64,000 nucleotides of DNA, taken from assembly GCF_009914755.1 (NCBI RefSeq), contig NC_060941.1. One strand, written 5' to 3'. The first letter of the stretch is position 1. Every line of letters begins with the position of its first letter. A model generated the notes under the pieces. The model saw only the letters and a list, made by a program, of their open reading frames with translations, made no database searches and was not told the DNA's origin. The position numbers and the translations under genes were made by a program. Source of the DNA: the human T2T-CHM13v2.0 reference genome, Homo sapiens. This document shows positions 1 to 13,649 of the stretch, in pieces.

Positions 1-1649
1 AAATTCTTGATTTTTCAGATATCTCAAATACTGTAAAATACAGTATAACTAAGAATAATTAGCCATGAGGTCAAACTTCAATTTCAAACATTATAAAAGT
101 AAAATTAAGAGTTAAAATCTAAAACCACATGAAAATTTATTCTTCATTATAATCTCAAATTTGAAAACGTTATATAAGATTTATGCATTCATTAGAAAGT
201 GATTTATTGTAATTTTATAAGATTTGCCAATTTTTAAAGGTGTATTTTTGATCAATGCAATTAAATGTTAAAATTATTATGCTATACATTATTAGTTCAT
301 GACACATTTTCAAATATGAATGTGATGTAGAAACAGGTGATTATCAGAAAATAAACTCTGTTTTTAGTTTAAGACTAAATTAAAGCTACCAAAAAGAAAT
401 TTAGTTTCAAGATAGGAAAGTTTATTTGTAAGGATGCTGGGATGTTTGAACCCAAGATGAGTGATGTTTAAAAGGTTTTGCAATGGCATTCAATGAATAA
501 AAAATGTTTAGAGTTCAGTAACTTCAGTTACCATTTTGGACAGATAACAAGAGATCCAATCTGACTAGCAGAGAATAATGTAAGACATTTAGAATAGTTA
601 GCAGTTTAAATCAGAGGGTAGACAGATTATTTTCCAATGTAAAGTACATATTTCTCCATTTGCATAATCCTCACCAGTGGGTAGAATTTATGAAGAATAG
701 AATTTGGTTCATGGAAAGAAAAGCAGGCAGGAACTAAATCAGATATAACTTTCTTCATATTTAATAACTGAAGTTTACTCCTATTTTGAGACTCAATTCT
801 GATAGAAGTTGGAAAATTAATCTGTCAGTTTAACCCTATCTCTAACCCCCTGCCATGTAGAGAATTGAACTAGCCTTCGCTCTCATAAGTGGAATTTTAA
901 AAAATAATGAGTTACATGAGCTGATAAGCACACATGCATAGTCAATGTTAAGGCTTAGCATTTATAAAATTTGGGATGATAATTTATGGCAAATGTTTAA
1001 CACATTTAATAAGATAAATAGTTTTTAAGGCATTGAATAGGTAGGAGTTCATATGAGTTTACTCTGGGTTGCTATTACTTTTACATAGTCAAACTTTATT
1101 TTGTAGTATTTTTCTTCTTGATTCTCTAGTCACTATGATAATTATTAGTATGGATGGTGACTTTTATTTCCAAGCACAGCATAATCCACAATAACATAAC
1201 ATTTAAAAGCAAAGGCTCTGTATCGATTATTAACATGAACAATTTCCTTTGCTACCATACTCCATCCAGATAAAGAACTGAATGTTCCTCTGAACCTTCC
1301 AATTAATTTCCTCCATTGTGATGAATCCTCCATAGATTTATTGGCAAAACATTATTTCTAAGTGTTCTCCACCCTACTATAAATTGTCTCAAAATAGTTT
1401 GTGTCTACCAACAAGGTAGTATAGACTATAAACTTAATAAATAGTAATTATTGATAATTATGAGATACCAGGATGCTAATGAAACTTTATTGCTTGTATT
1501 GAGAAATGAGAGTATAAATTGAGTATAAAATGAAAAGACTTGAATGCTTAGTAAAGCATATAATGTAGCTAAAGTTATTAAACAGATATATGTATATGCC
1601 AATTTGAATGTCTTTTTATCGTTGTTCAATGTATAGAATACTTATTTTT

Positions 1650-2290
1650 TCCTTTTTTTAGTTGACACAGTAATTATACTTACAGGATACAGAGTGATAT
1701 TTTGATATATCTATACAATATGTAAGGATCAAATCAGAGTAATTAACATATCCATCACTTTATCATTTCTTTGTGTTGTGAACATTCAGAATCCTCTCTT
1801 CTAGCTTTTTGAAAATATATAATAAATTACAGTTAACCATATTCACCTTGCAGTGTTGTAGAACACCATAAAACATTCCATCTAGCTATAATTTTGTATC
1901 CATTAACCAAACTGTCCCCATCCTCCTTTTCCCTACCCTTCCCAGCATCTTAATACTCACAATCCTACTCCCTACTTTCATGAGCTTAAATTTTACTTAG
2001 GTCTCACATTTGAGTGAGAACATACAGTATTTATCTTTCTGTGCCTGATCTTTTTCGCCTAATATAATGTCCTACAGGTTTATCCATGTTGCCAGGAAGG
2101 ACAGAATTCCATTGTTTTTATGACCGAATAGTATTCCATTGTGTATATAGACCACATTTTCTTTATCCAAGCATCTCTTCATGGACATATAGGTTGATTC
2201 CATATCTTGACTATTAGGAATAATGCTATATAATAAGTATGGGGGTGCGGCTATCCCTTTGGTATACTAATTTCATGTCCTTTGGTTATT
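1650..2290 (-). mobile_element. LINE-1 3' fragment (L1MA/PB-like)
   Basis: Antisense L1 3' motifs (catatccatcac, gagtgagaacatacagtatttatctttctgtgcctg, gaatagtattccattgtgtatatagaccacattttctttatcca). Confidence 0.8.
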
Positions 2291-2689
2291 TTTAGATACT
2301 ATTTAATATGCACCTTTCTTTTTATCAGAAAATACATGAAGTAGTAAATAAAATAATCTCATCTCTATTTTGGCTTTTGAGGAAGTGGCAAAAATATAGT
2401 TATAATTTGGAATTATTTGACTCCAATTATTTTGATCTTAAACTAATAAGTTGCTTTTCTGGTTTATTCATGAAAATGTCAATGAAATATTTAATAATGT
2501 GTATCTGTGTATTTATATAAGGCTCGTAATATCCTATAGCCCTTGAAAGCCAATATGGCTCACTTACTTTGCCATTTTTAAGTTGTCTTTTTATTAATGA
2601 TTTGTAGAAAAACTATATGTCCTGGATAGAAGTCACTTGTCAGGTATGCATATAGTACAAATAATTTTTTTCTGTCTCTGGCTTTTTAT

Positions 2690-3013
2690 TTTTTTGATAT
2701 TTATTTACTTATTTAGAGACTTCGCTCTGTTGCCAGGCTGGAGAGCAGTGGCACCATCTCGGCTCACTGCAAGCTCTGCCTCCCATGTTGAAGCGATTCT
2801 CCTGCCTCAGCCTCCCGAGTAGCTGAGACTACAGGCATCTGCCACCATGCCCAGCTAATGTTTTTTGTTTTTGTTTTTGTATTTTTTGTATTTTTAGTAG
2901 AGACAGGGTTTCGCCATGTTGGCCAGGATGGTCTCAATCTCCTGACTTCATGATCCGCCCACCTCGGCCTCCCAAAGTGCTGGAATTACAGGCGTCAGCC
3001 ACCGCGCCCGGCC
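2690..3013 (-). mobile_element. Alu (AluS-like)
   Basis: Antisense Alu dimer ending ccaccgcgcccggcc. Confidence 0.9.
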
Positions 3014-3842
3014 ACCTTTTTATTTTTTCCATGTATTTTGATGAGCAAAAGTTTACAATGTTAATACAATCAATTTATCGTTCTAAAACACATTTTGTAG
3101 GTGTTGTGCCTTCTTTAGGAAACATTTGCATATTCCAAAGTCAGAAGTAATTTCTCCAATGCGTTCTTCTAGAAGACATACAGTTATTTAGCCCTCTGTT
3201 TAGGCTTATTATCCACTCAGTTAATTTTTGCATTTCATGGAAGGTTGGTTTATTTTTTTAATATATGGAAATATAGTTCGGCACCATGTGGCAACTCTTT
3301 CTTTTACCCATAGATTTGCTTGGCATCTTATCAAAAGTAAATTAAACATATATGTGTGTATGTCTAGTTCGGTAATCTCTATTCTATGCTATTGGTCTAT
3401 TTTTCTTTCCTTAGCCAATACTAGTGTCTCCTGATAGTGTATATTTATATTAAAACTTGAGGTTCTGTAAAACAAATCCTCCAGTTTCTTAGTCTTTATG
3501 AAAATTGTCCTGACTATTCTAGATCCTTTGCGTATACATATAAATCTTAGAATTCACCTGTCAATTTATTTTAAAAATTCTACCAGAATTTTAATTCAGC
3601 CTCTTTTGATATTTGCCAAATATTTGCCAAGGAGTTACTTGCCAAAATATCTCTTTCCTTTCCTTTTACAGTTACACGTATGGTAGACTCAGAATTCTCC
3701 TACTGGTCACTGAGGCTCTGTTCATTTTAGTTCAACCATTTGTTAAACTTTTAAACCATTTTTTTAACTTATAAAGCAAAGAAATCATTTAATTTTCAAG
3801 TCAAGTTTCCTTGATTTGAGCTCAAATAATAGCTCAAATCAA

Positions 3843-3984
3843 ATAGCTGATGGCGGGTGCCTGTAATCCCAGCTACTCAGGAAGCTGAGGCAGGAGAATC
3901 ACTTGAACCCAGAGGTGGAGGTTGCAGTGAGCTGAGATTGTGCCACCGCACTCCAGCCTGGGCAACAGAGCGAGACTCCGTCTC

Positions 3985-4013
<29 letters not shown>
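3843..4013 (+). mobile_element. Alu right arm only, long poly(A)
   Basis: tggcgggtgcctgtaatcccagctact...gagactccgtctc followed by about 29 A; left arm absent. Confidence 0.9.
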
Positions 4014-4016
<3 letters not shown>

Positions 4017-5701
4017 TGATATATGGTGTGCGCTAGGCATGTGGTAAGCACTGCTTAGTGGACCTCATTTAATCTTCCCAATAATCCAGTGAGGTGGGTG
4101 TTACTATCCCGTTGATAGGAAAGAAAGCTGAGCTGCAGAGATAAGGCAGAACTCCCAAGGCCTACCAGGCAGCAGAGTGGGGCATCATACATGCCTGACC
4201 CCACGCAAAGACCATCACTACTGCCAGCCGCTGCCTGGCTGTGTGCAGGTGGGGAGAGACCTAAAAGGTAGGGAGGGAGAGAAGATTCCTCCAGTCACTA
4301 TTTTCTAAGCAGGTCAATGCTTAGACCAATGCTGAGTTCTGCTGTGTGCCCACCCTGGAGGGTCCCAAGGTGCCACCAGGTCTCAGACACACTGAGATTC
4401 TCAGAGTAAGTGTGGATTCAACGGGTGGGCAACGCCTAGCAGGGGCAAACATATAGAGATAAGGGAGTTCCAGAACGAGTGTGGCCAGATTCAGCTTCCC
4501 ACCCAACCTTGGACCCCCAGGAGGTGGTGTCAAGAGGGGCCATGGCCTGGGGTGCGGGCGTCTCTTCCTCCCAGAACACTAGCCTGAATCAGCCAGCTCT
4601 GCGCACACACAGCCAGGTCCACAGGCACAACAATTTCCTGGGGCCCCTGAGGGCAGGGGGTCTGCTGGGGCTGGGGCTTGTGATGTGTGGAGTGAGCGCA
4701 GGCTCAGATCAGGGCAAGGCAGCTTGTCCAGAGAGGCAGATAATTCCCAAACAGAAGACCTCCAAGGCAGAGGGCCCTGGGGCTGGACTCCTGGCCTCCA
4801 GGAGGTTGTTCTGAGCTTACCCTGTGGACGGATTGGAGGGTGGCCCTCTTTCCCCACAAGGATCAAGAGGGACTGGGGGATGGTGGGAAGGCAATCTGGC
4901 CAGGAGAAGCTGCGGGGGAGACTCCCGCCATCCCCAGTCCCACCATCTCAGCCCCGCGGCCTCTTCCTCCCTGGAGACAGCCAGGTGTGGCCCAGGATCC
5001 CGGGAAGTGCAGCAGGGGAGGGCGTGGCGTCTTCGCTCCTCAGGCGCTGGCCCGGCGCCAGGAAGCCAGTGCGCCGGGGATTGTCTCTGTCAACTGCAGC
5101 CCAGACCCAGTCCGGGAAGTTCTGCCAGGCGCTCTCCGCCGGTGCCTCCCTGGTTATACTGTTACACAGGAAACCTGGCAGCGCGGGAGCCGCGCGGTCG
5201 AGGAGGGAGCGCGGAACGCCGAGCCCACGCGCGCCTGCCGGGGCAAGTGGAGGCGAGGCCGGCGAGCGGACGCCCCGAGCTGCCCGGGCAGGCAGGGTCG
5301 GGAGTGAGGCGCCGAGCGGGGGTTGAGGTGGGAAGTGGGGTTAGGGGTGGGGGTAGGGGGTGGGGAAGGGGACAGGGTGGGGGAGGAAAGGGTGCGGCAG
5401 GTGGCTGGTCCGCACCTGGGAGCTCCGCGCGCCTGCTCCCCTTAGTTCCGCGCTGGGGCAGGATCTGCGCGGGCCGCGTCCCACGCGAAGGAGAAGGTAG
5501 GCGAAGGGCTGCCCTCCATTGGGCTGGAGGGCAGCAGGGAGGCCCCCAACGCCCACCCAGGCGTTGACGCCTCTGTATCTTGCGTCGCCTGGGCGGTGGA
5601 CGCAGGAGACCTCCTGGCGACTGGTGCGCTCCTGCGCTCCAGGGATCCTCCCGGCACCCCGCCCCCCCCACCAATCTCTCTCCTTCTCTGTGTGCCCCCA
5701 G

Positions 5702-6018
5702 GTCGGGGAAGGAGCCGTGGCCGGGTCCCCTTCTTATCCAGCCCGAGACACCGCGCCCGGTGGGCGTCCCTGCGCTGGGAATCCCGCTCGGAGTTTTTCC
5801 AAGCCCGGCCGGGCTGTGCGGGGAAAGGCCCTGGTGAGGGAGGCGGGCCCGGAGCTGGCGGTCTGCAGTCCGGTTGGAAGTGCTCGCAGTGGGGGATTCA
5901 GGGTGCAAATGATCTCCCCGCGAGCGGGAACGCCCGGACAAGACAACCAGCCCCAGCCCAGCATTCCCAGAGCCGCGTGCGGGAGGGACGCAGGGACTCC
6001 GGGACAGCAAATCCCCAG
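5702..6018 (+). pseudogene. Candidate 5'UTR exon of the ARHGAP27 pseudogene
   Basis: Acceptor ctctctccttctctgtgtgcccccag ending 5701; donor CAG|GTGAGG at 6018/6019. Confidence 0.4.
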
Positions 6019-7709
6019 GTGAGGGGAGAAGGGGGAAGGCCGGGCAGGGGCGGCCCCACCCTCCTTGGGTTCTGCTAGCGATCAGCCAGCACCCCTTCAG
6101 ACGCAGCCCTCCCGGCTCCAGGCCCCGGCCTTCTGCTTCGGGCCTTGTCTTCCCCATGCCCCCAAGGTCCCCAGCAGAGGCATTCTGGCCCCTCCTCGCC
6201 CCGCCCAGACACAGCTGCTTTGGGTATCGGTGACAGCACTCCTGAGTGTCCCTGTCCCTCTTAGCTCCCGTTGCCAGCTCCGGTTCCGTGCAGCCTCTCC
6301 GGCTTCGCCCCTGGAAGCCACGCCCAGGGCGATGGTCGGGGCCTAACCTGCCGGCTCGGCCCCCCCCGGCCCTTGGGCTCCCTGAGGCCCGCCCAGCCGA
6401 CGTGAGTGCGCTGCGGGGTCCATGGGGAAGGGGCGCCGGGGCAGTGTCCTCCTTGGGGTTTGTTGGTCCAGCTCTGGGCAGCTCGATGACCCCGCCTCCG
6501 GGACCCAGTGTGCTTAGTGACTCAGTTTACACTTTTTCCTCGTCGAGGAACGCTTGAGAAAGTGGCGAAGGAGCCCTACGGGGGGCCTGGTTGGACCCTG
6601 CTCCTTCAGTCCCTCAGCCTCGGCAAGCGGCGGTCTCCTGGCCCCTGGTCCGGGTCACCTTAGGAGGCAGGAGGAGATGTGGTCAGTGTGGGAGCTTGGA
6701 GGGGCCATGCACTTCCGGAGAAGACCACCGACTCGTGGCTTTGGTGGAGGGGTGCAGGCAGATTTAGTTAGGCTCTCCCCCATCCCTGACACACTGGAGC
6801 CGGGGCGGGAGCGGGGCTTGTGACCACTCCGGAGAGCTTTGGGGGCCCCTGCTCTGGGACTCCGCACGGATAGTCACTGTCTCAGAGTGCATTCTCCAGG
6901 GGCCACTCTCGTGGAGGCATCCGGGGGGTCCCAGGGCAGGTGGGCAGCCTTTTTCGGGGGGGGGGTGCGGTGTGAGAGCCGGAGAGCAGGGGGCGGGGCG
7001 GGCCCGGCTGGGGCTCACGTCTGCGTTGAAGCCTCTGGGGAAGGAGAGAGAAACCAAGAGAACCGGTTCCCCCGCCTTGACAGCGGAGGCCCTCACACCG
7101 AGGCCCTTGGACTAAACCGGGCAGGGACAGCCCGCAGGTAAAGCTGTTCTCCGGGGCGTCTGCAGAGCCCGCATCCCAACCCTGACCCAGGGGCCGGGGC
7201 GCAGGCTCCTGGAGGGAGGCGGTGCTACGGGACTCTGCGGATTCTCTGCGGGCGGGAGGCGTCCAGGCGGGACAGGGCCCGGGGAGCGGCTGGCAATGGG
7301 CTGCTCTTCCCACTTGACTGATGGAAAACTAAGGCTCAGTCACCTGAGGAAGCGTGGTGTCGACCTCAGAGCGGGCAATCACCCCTCGTTTTAAAACCAA
7401 AGTTTCCCTCGCAGTCGATTTGGACCAAGACTACCCACAATCTCCCCACCGCAGGACTGAAGCGAGGCTGAAATCTTAGAATCAACCCCACGGAATGAAG
7501 AGGTTGTCGTAATTCCAGCACTGAGTGTAAGAATGGAAGCCTTACATGTGATTTTATTCAAGTCCCCATTTTAGAAATGGAAAAACTCAGGCCCGAAGGC
7601 GAACGGCGAATGCAGCATCGGGACTCGAACCCAAGTCTGTCCCCGAGTGCGGGGCTATTCCAGGCTCGGTGGTCTTGACCTCCACGGCCCTCCTCCTTGT
7701 TGCCTGCAG

Positions 7710-8403
7710 AAAAACGCCGCGGCCACGATGCCGGCGTATGTGGAGGGGGATGTCTACCTGGTGGTGGAGCACCCCTTCGAGTATACCCGCAAGGACTGGC
7801 GCCGCGTGGCCATCTGGCCCAATGAGCGCTACTGGCTGCTGCGGCGCAGCACGGAGCACTGGTGGCACGTGCGGCGCGAGCCTGGCGGCCACCCCTTCTA
7901 CCTGCCCGCGCAGTACGTGCGCGAGCTGCCTGCGCTGGGCAAATGACCTCCCCGCGAACGGGAACGCCCGGACGAGACAACCTGCCACTGCCGCGCCGCC
8001 AGGTCCCCCCAACAGTCCCCTCGGCCCCCGAGCCGCTCACCTACGACTACCGGCTTGTGAGCGCGGCGGCGGCAGCGGGCCCCGACAGCACCCCCGCGGA
8101 GCCCCGAGGCCGCGCCAGCTCCCTGTGCGGCCCTTCGCAACGCGGCGCCGCGACCCAGCGCAGCAGCCTGGCGCCCGGCCTGCCCGCCTGCCTGTACTTG
8201 CGGCCTGCGCAGTCCCTGGACTACCTGGCGCGCGCCGCCGTCTCGCCTCCCGCCGGCCACCTCGGAAGGAGCGGCAGCTTCAAGGCTGCAGTGTGGCGGG
8301 TTCCTGGATGTGCCCGCGGCCCCTGGCGCGCAGCGACTCAGAGACCGTCTACGAGGCCATCCAGGATGTGCACGGCCCGCCGCGGGAGGAGAGCGGGGAA
8401 CAG
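7710..8403 (+). pseudogene. ARHGAP27P2: Unprocessed ARHGAP27 pseudogene, first coding exon (SH3 domain plus linker), disabled
   Basis: Acceptor ttgcctgcag ends 7709, ATG 7728. MPAYVEGDVYLVVEHPFEYTRKD...STEHWWHVRREPGGHPFYLPAQYVRELPALG matches the ARHGAP27 N-terminus. Homology continues in other frames (APEPLTYDYR, QRSSLAPGLPACLYLRPA, CSVAGSWMCPRPLARSDSETVYE). Insertion with TGA at 7944-7946; further frameshifts near 8020 and 8286; GG rather than GT after CAG at 8403. The P2 suffix is inferred from proximity to AMZ2. Confidence 0.88.
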
Positions 8404-10476
8404 GGGTGGCGCGCTGGGGACCGCGCCCGCACGGAGCCGGGGCGCGAGGAGACCTGCTCCGCTCAGCGTCGGGCACGATGCCCACCTCTGTCTGAAGACT
8501 TGGAATGAGCTCCCTCTCCCCAACCGCGAAACGGGAGCGGTGCAAGCCCCTAGTCCCTCATCTGCGATTCCCAAGCTCCAAAGCTGCCTGGAAGCCCAGA
8601 AGTTTTTCGTAATCCAATTGGTGGCAAAATTGCGCTTGAACTGATGTGAGGCTGTTGATGGTCTTTATTTGTCAAACTTGTGTGAATATTCATGTTTTGC
8701 TGCAGAAATGCAAATGAGCTCGATGACCGGCTGCTGCCCCAAGCCCTGCTGGGAGGTTATGTGACCTACAGCAGGTGTGTGCCCCATAGTCTCTTTCCAA
8801 GTCCCAGCTGCTCTGTATTCCGAAGCGCATCTGGGCACGGAACGGGGGATTGCGGGCTTGCCGCCGGCTCAACAGCCTTGCCAGTCTCCCAGGAGCCTGG
8901 GGTCAGATGAGAGGGTGGATGTGAAACTCAGGCGTCTGCTTCCCTTTGAGGGTGCTTCCAACATTTCAGATGGGTTTGTTTGGGTGCTTCCAACATTGAT
9001 GGGTTTGTTTCAGAAAGGCGTCCGGTTATGGTGAGGTTGTTTTTTTTCTCTCTTCAGAATCCGGTTGTGTTAATCAGGGAAATCGAAAATAAAGCACGTT
9101 TTAAAAACACGCTTACATCCTCAGAACACTCTGGGCGACCCTGACATTTTGAACTTTAGGAACTTTTCAAGGAGGGGCAGCCCGAGTGGGAAAAAGAGAT
9201 GCTCAGAACCGTTCTTTCATCTGCCACCAGCTGTGTGATGATCTAGGGGCAGTTCCCTTCCTCTCTCAGGGTCTCGGTTTGTTCTTTAGCCCAAAGGGAG
9301 GGGATGGACAGATGACCGCTGAACCTTGGGAGCCTCTGATTTCTTTCGCTGTGCCTGATGTCATTACCATGAACACTGATGCCCACCATGTGCCAGGACT
9401 GAGTCCGGGATGCCCAGACGAAGAGACACGCCTCCGTAGGCCCGCTGCTGGATGTTCCCTCCGCTCGACTCGTTACAATGCAGAGCTCAGGTTTCGAGAC
9501 TAGGGAAAGGGCAACTGGACTCTGCTGGGTCACCTGCCAGTTGCTGACAGCCACTTAACTTACACGCGAGGACGCTCCCCCAGGCCCAGCGTCCTCTGGT
9601 GTAAGCACAATACCTAAGGATTAGGGTTGTGAGCCCTAAACGAGGTAAGGCTTCTAAGCACTTGGCAGCAGCAGGGGGTCCACCCAGACTGTCCGGGTCG
9701 TCCTGGTTTGGCTTCCTTAGGACTGTGCCGCTTTCACTCGAGCTCCTGCAGCGGCAGCCCGCCGCCTTGTGGCCAGGGTGGAAAACGGCACCCGGCGGAC
9801 AGGGCAGGAGACCACGGCTGTTTCCTGTTTCGCGCCCCTGCCAGCCAGCAGGCAGCTTCTCTGGGATGGATGGCTGGATGCCAGCGCTCTTCCCCCGCAG
9901 CGCCCCTCCGTTTCCTGCCCAGGCTCCCGGTGGCGCACTTCCCGGCCTCTCCACATTCTCTGTCCTGGTGACTGTAGGAGGGTTCCTGCCCGTCTGAGCG
10001 GAGCCCCTGGAGGTGGGGGAATGGCCTTATTCTTTGAACCTCGCATCCGGCCCAGGGTCCGGCTCAGACAGAGTGCACAGAGTGTGTGCTGAGGAGGGCG
10101 CAGGTGCGGCAGCCCCTTACCTATGAGCCAGGCCTCTGTAGGTCTGCCCAAGGGCCACCACCAGGCCCCAGGACCAAAGAGGAAGGAGACTGCCCAGGTC
10201 CTGACATCTCCTGAGAAGACAGATGACCCTGGCTGCCAGGGCGCCTGCCAGGTGGCCCCTCTGCCCATCCTTCCTCCAGCTCCCAGCAGGTTCCCAGTTG
10301 CAGTGGCATATGGGGGGAGGGGCACAGGTGATGAGGGCAGGGGACTTACCCGGGGGGAACTAGGACATTGGCCAGAGACAGGCTGCTCCTTGGCCCCACT
10401 TGTGGCCCTAATTCACTGTGTGATCTCCACAAGTCACTTTGCATCTCTGGTCCTGTTTCCTACCCTGTGCAATGTG

Positions 10477-10530
10477 CTGTTGCACTCCAGCCTGGATGAC
10501 AGAGCAAGATTCTCTCTCTTAAAAAAAAAA
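10477..10530 (+). mobile_element. Alu 3' tail remnant abutting a MIR
   Basis: tgcactccagcctggatgacagagcaagattct plus poly(A). Confidence 0.75.
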
Positions 10531-10878
10531 TCTTAATTCAGTTCTAATTCACTTCTCAAGGAGAGTCATGTATCTGGTAACCTTGGCATTGTTGCACGTA
10601 AGAGAAAACCAGAAAGGAAGTGATAGAGGCTTCCAAAACACTGTCACATAAATGAGCTATTAATTGAATTTTTACAACTGGCTAATGAGCTTTAGTATTT
10701 AGAATCACCGAATTCTATAGAGATGAACTGCTCTTTTAAAAGATCATGTGTTTTTAAACTCATGTTCAATGAGCCGATTATTTCATGAGGGTGCCAGGTG
10801 ACATAGTGAAGACCACATATGCACAGAGTGATAGAACGCTGGCAGGTCCCAAGCCCTTTTCTGTGATTCTTCTCTTAC

Positions 10879-11113
10879 CTCACCACTATCCTGCTCTTGA
10901 CAGGATTATGGTTTCTTTGCACTCTCTTCCCTTTCTTCAGCCAGACCTTTCTGGAAGAAATCATTCATTTAAATTAAAAATAGATATATTTTTTATATCT
11001 ATTTTCTCTCACCAGTATCCTGCTCTTGAAAGGCTTATGGTTTCTTTGCACTCTCTTCCCTTCAGCCAGATCTTTCTGGAAGAAATCATTCATTTAAATA
11101 AAAAATAGATATA
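10879..11113. repeat. Two-copy tandem duplication, about 105-110 bp unit
   Basis: 10879-10988 and 11008-11113 are near-identical (ctcacca.tatcctgctcttga...ctggaagaaatcattcatttaaat.aaaaatagatata). Confidence 0.92.
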
Positions 11114-11182
11114 CCTTGCTAGGTCCTTCGGATATTTAGGTTCAAGTGAAAAAGAAGGTAAAGAATAGGAAAATGCCTTTAA

Positions 11183-11478
11183 GGCCAGGTGCTGTGGCTC
11201 ACACCTGTGATGGGATGCCAAGGCAGGCGAGGATCAATTGAGCCCAGGAGTTCAAGAAACAGCCTGGGCAACATGGCAAATCCCCATCTCTACAAAAAAT
11301 GCAAAAATTAGCCAGACAGATTGGTACACACCTGTATTCCCAGTTACTCAGGAGGCTGATGAGGGAGGATCGCTTGAGCCCAGGAGTTCAAGGCTGCAGT
11401 GAGCTGAGATCAACCCACTGTGCTCCAGCCTGGGTGACAGAGCAAGACCCTGTCTCAAAAAAACAAACAAACAAAAAA
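11183..11478 (+). mobile_element. Alu (AluJ-like)
   Basis: Alu dimer flanked by gcctttaa repeat. Confidence 0.88.
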
Positions 11479-11619
11479 GCCTTTAAGGCCCAAGAAAATT
11501 CATCTAGACAGTAGTTCTGTTTTGGGAGGCTTGATTTTTTTTAATTACTATGGGAAATTTAAAACTACACAAATACGAAGAGAATAATGAACTCCCAAGC
11601 AACCATCATTCAGCTGTGA

Positions 11620-13292
<1,673 letters not shown>

Positions 13293-13649
13293 TAAATTAC
13301 TTTTCGGTTGTCACTTCTCTCAATAAATATTAATATGTACCTTTCTTTTATCTGAAGAGCTGACCTCAACCACTCAGGGTTGAGTCGCTGTGATAAGGTT
13401 TGAGGGTGCCTGAAATGTCATCATGATTCGTCCTTTGGGCTAAGCTGAAACCTAGTGACTTGTCAGGTCAATAAATTAAGGTTATTTCCCAATAATACAA
13501 ACATTTAACACCGTGAAGTAGGTTTTAGGCAGGATTCCCTCTTTTCCACTGCAAAGGAGAGGTAAGTTCTTGCTGAGGTGGTCAAAGTCCCACCTGGGGC
13601 ACTGGGAAGGTGGCGGGACATTGGAACGTGCAGTAGTTGCGTTCTGGAG

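Larger units (their letters stand above)
4950..8500. promoter_or_regulatory. CpG island, duplicated ARHGAP27 promoter/5' region
   Basis: High GC and CpG density contiguous with the ARHGAP27-like coding exon. Confidence 0.75.

Noticed and set aside
368-1414. Possible decayed coding exons (368-726 ending ...IFLHLHNPHQWVEFMKNRIWFMERKA; about 1130-1414)
   Set aside because: Eight stops in the first 70 codons, only a GC donor, and no recognisable family; consistent with random AT-rich sequence. tBLASTn would settle it
4685-7313. Many long overlapping ORFs (up to 331 aa) on both strands
   Set aside because: Stop-poor CpG-island sequence with low-complexity P/G/R/A translations and no homology
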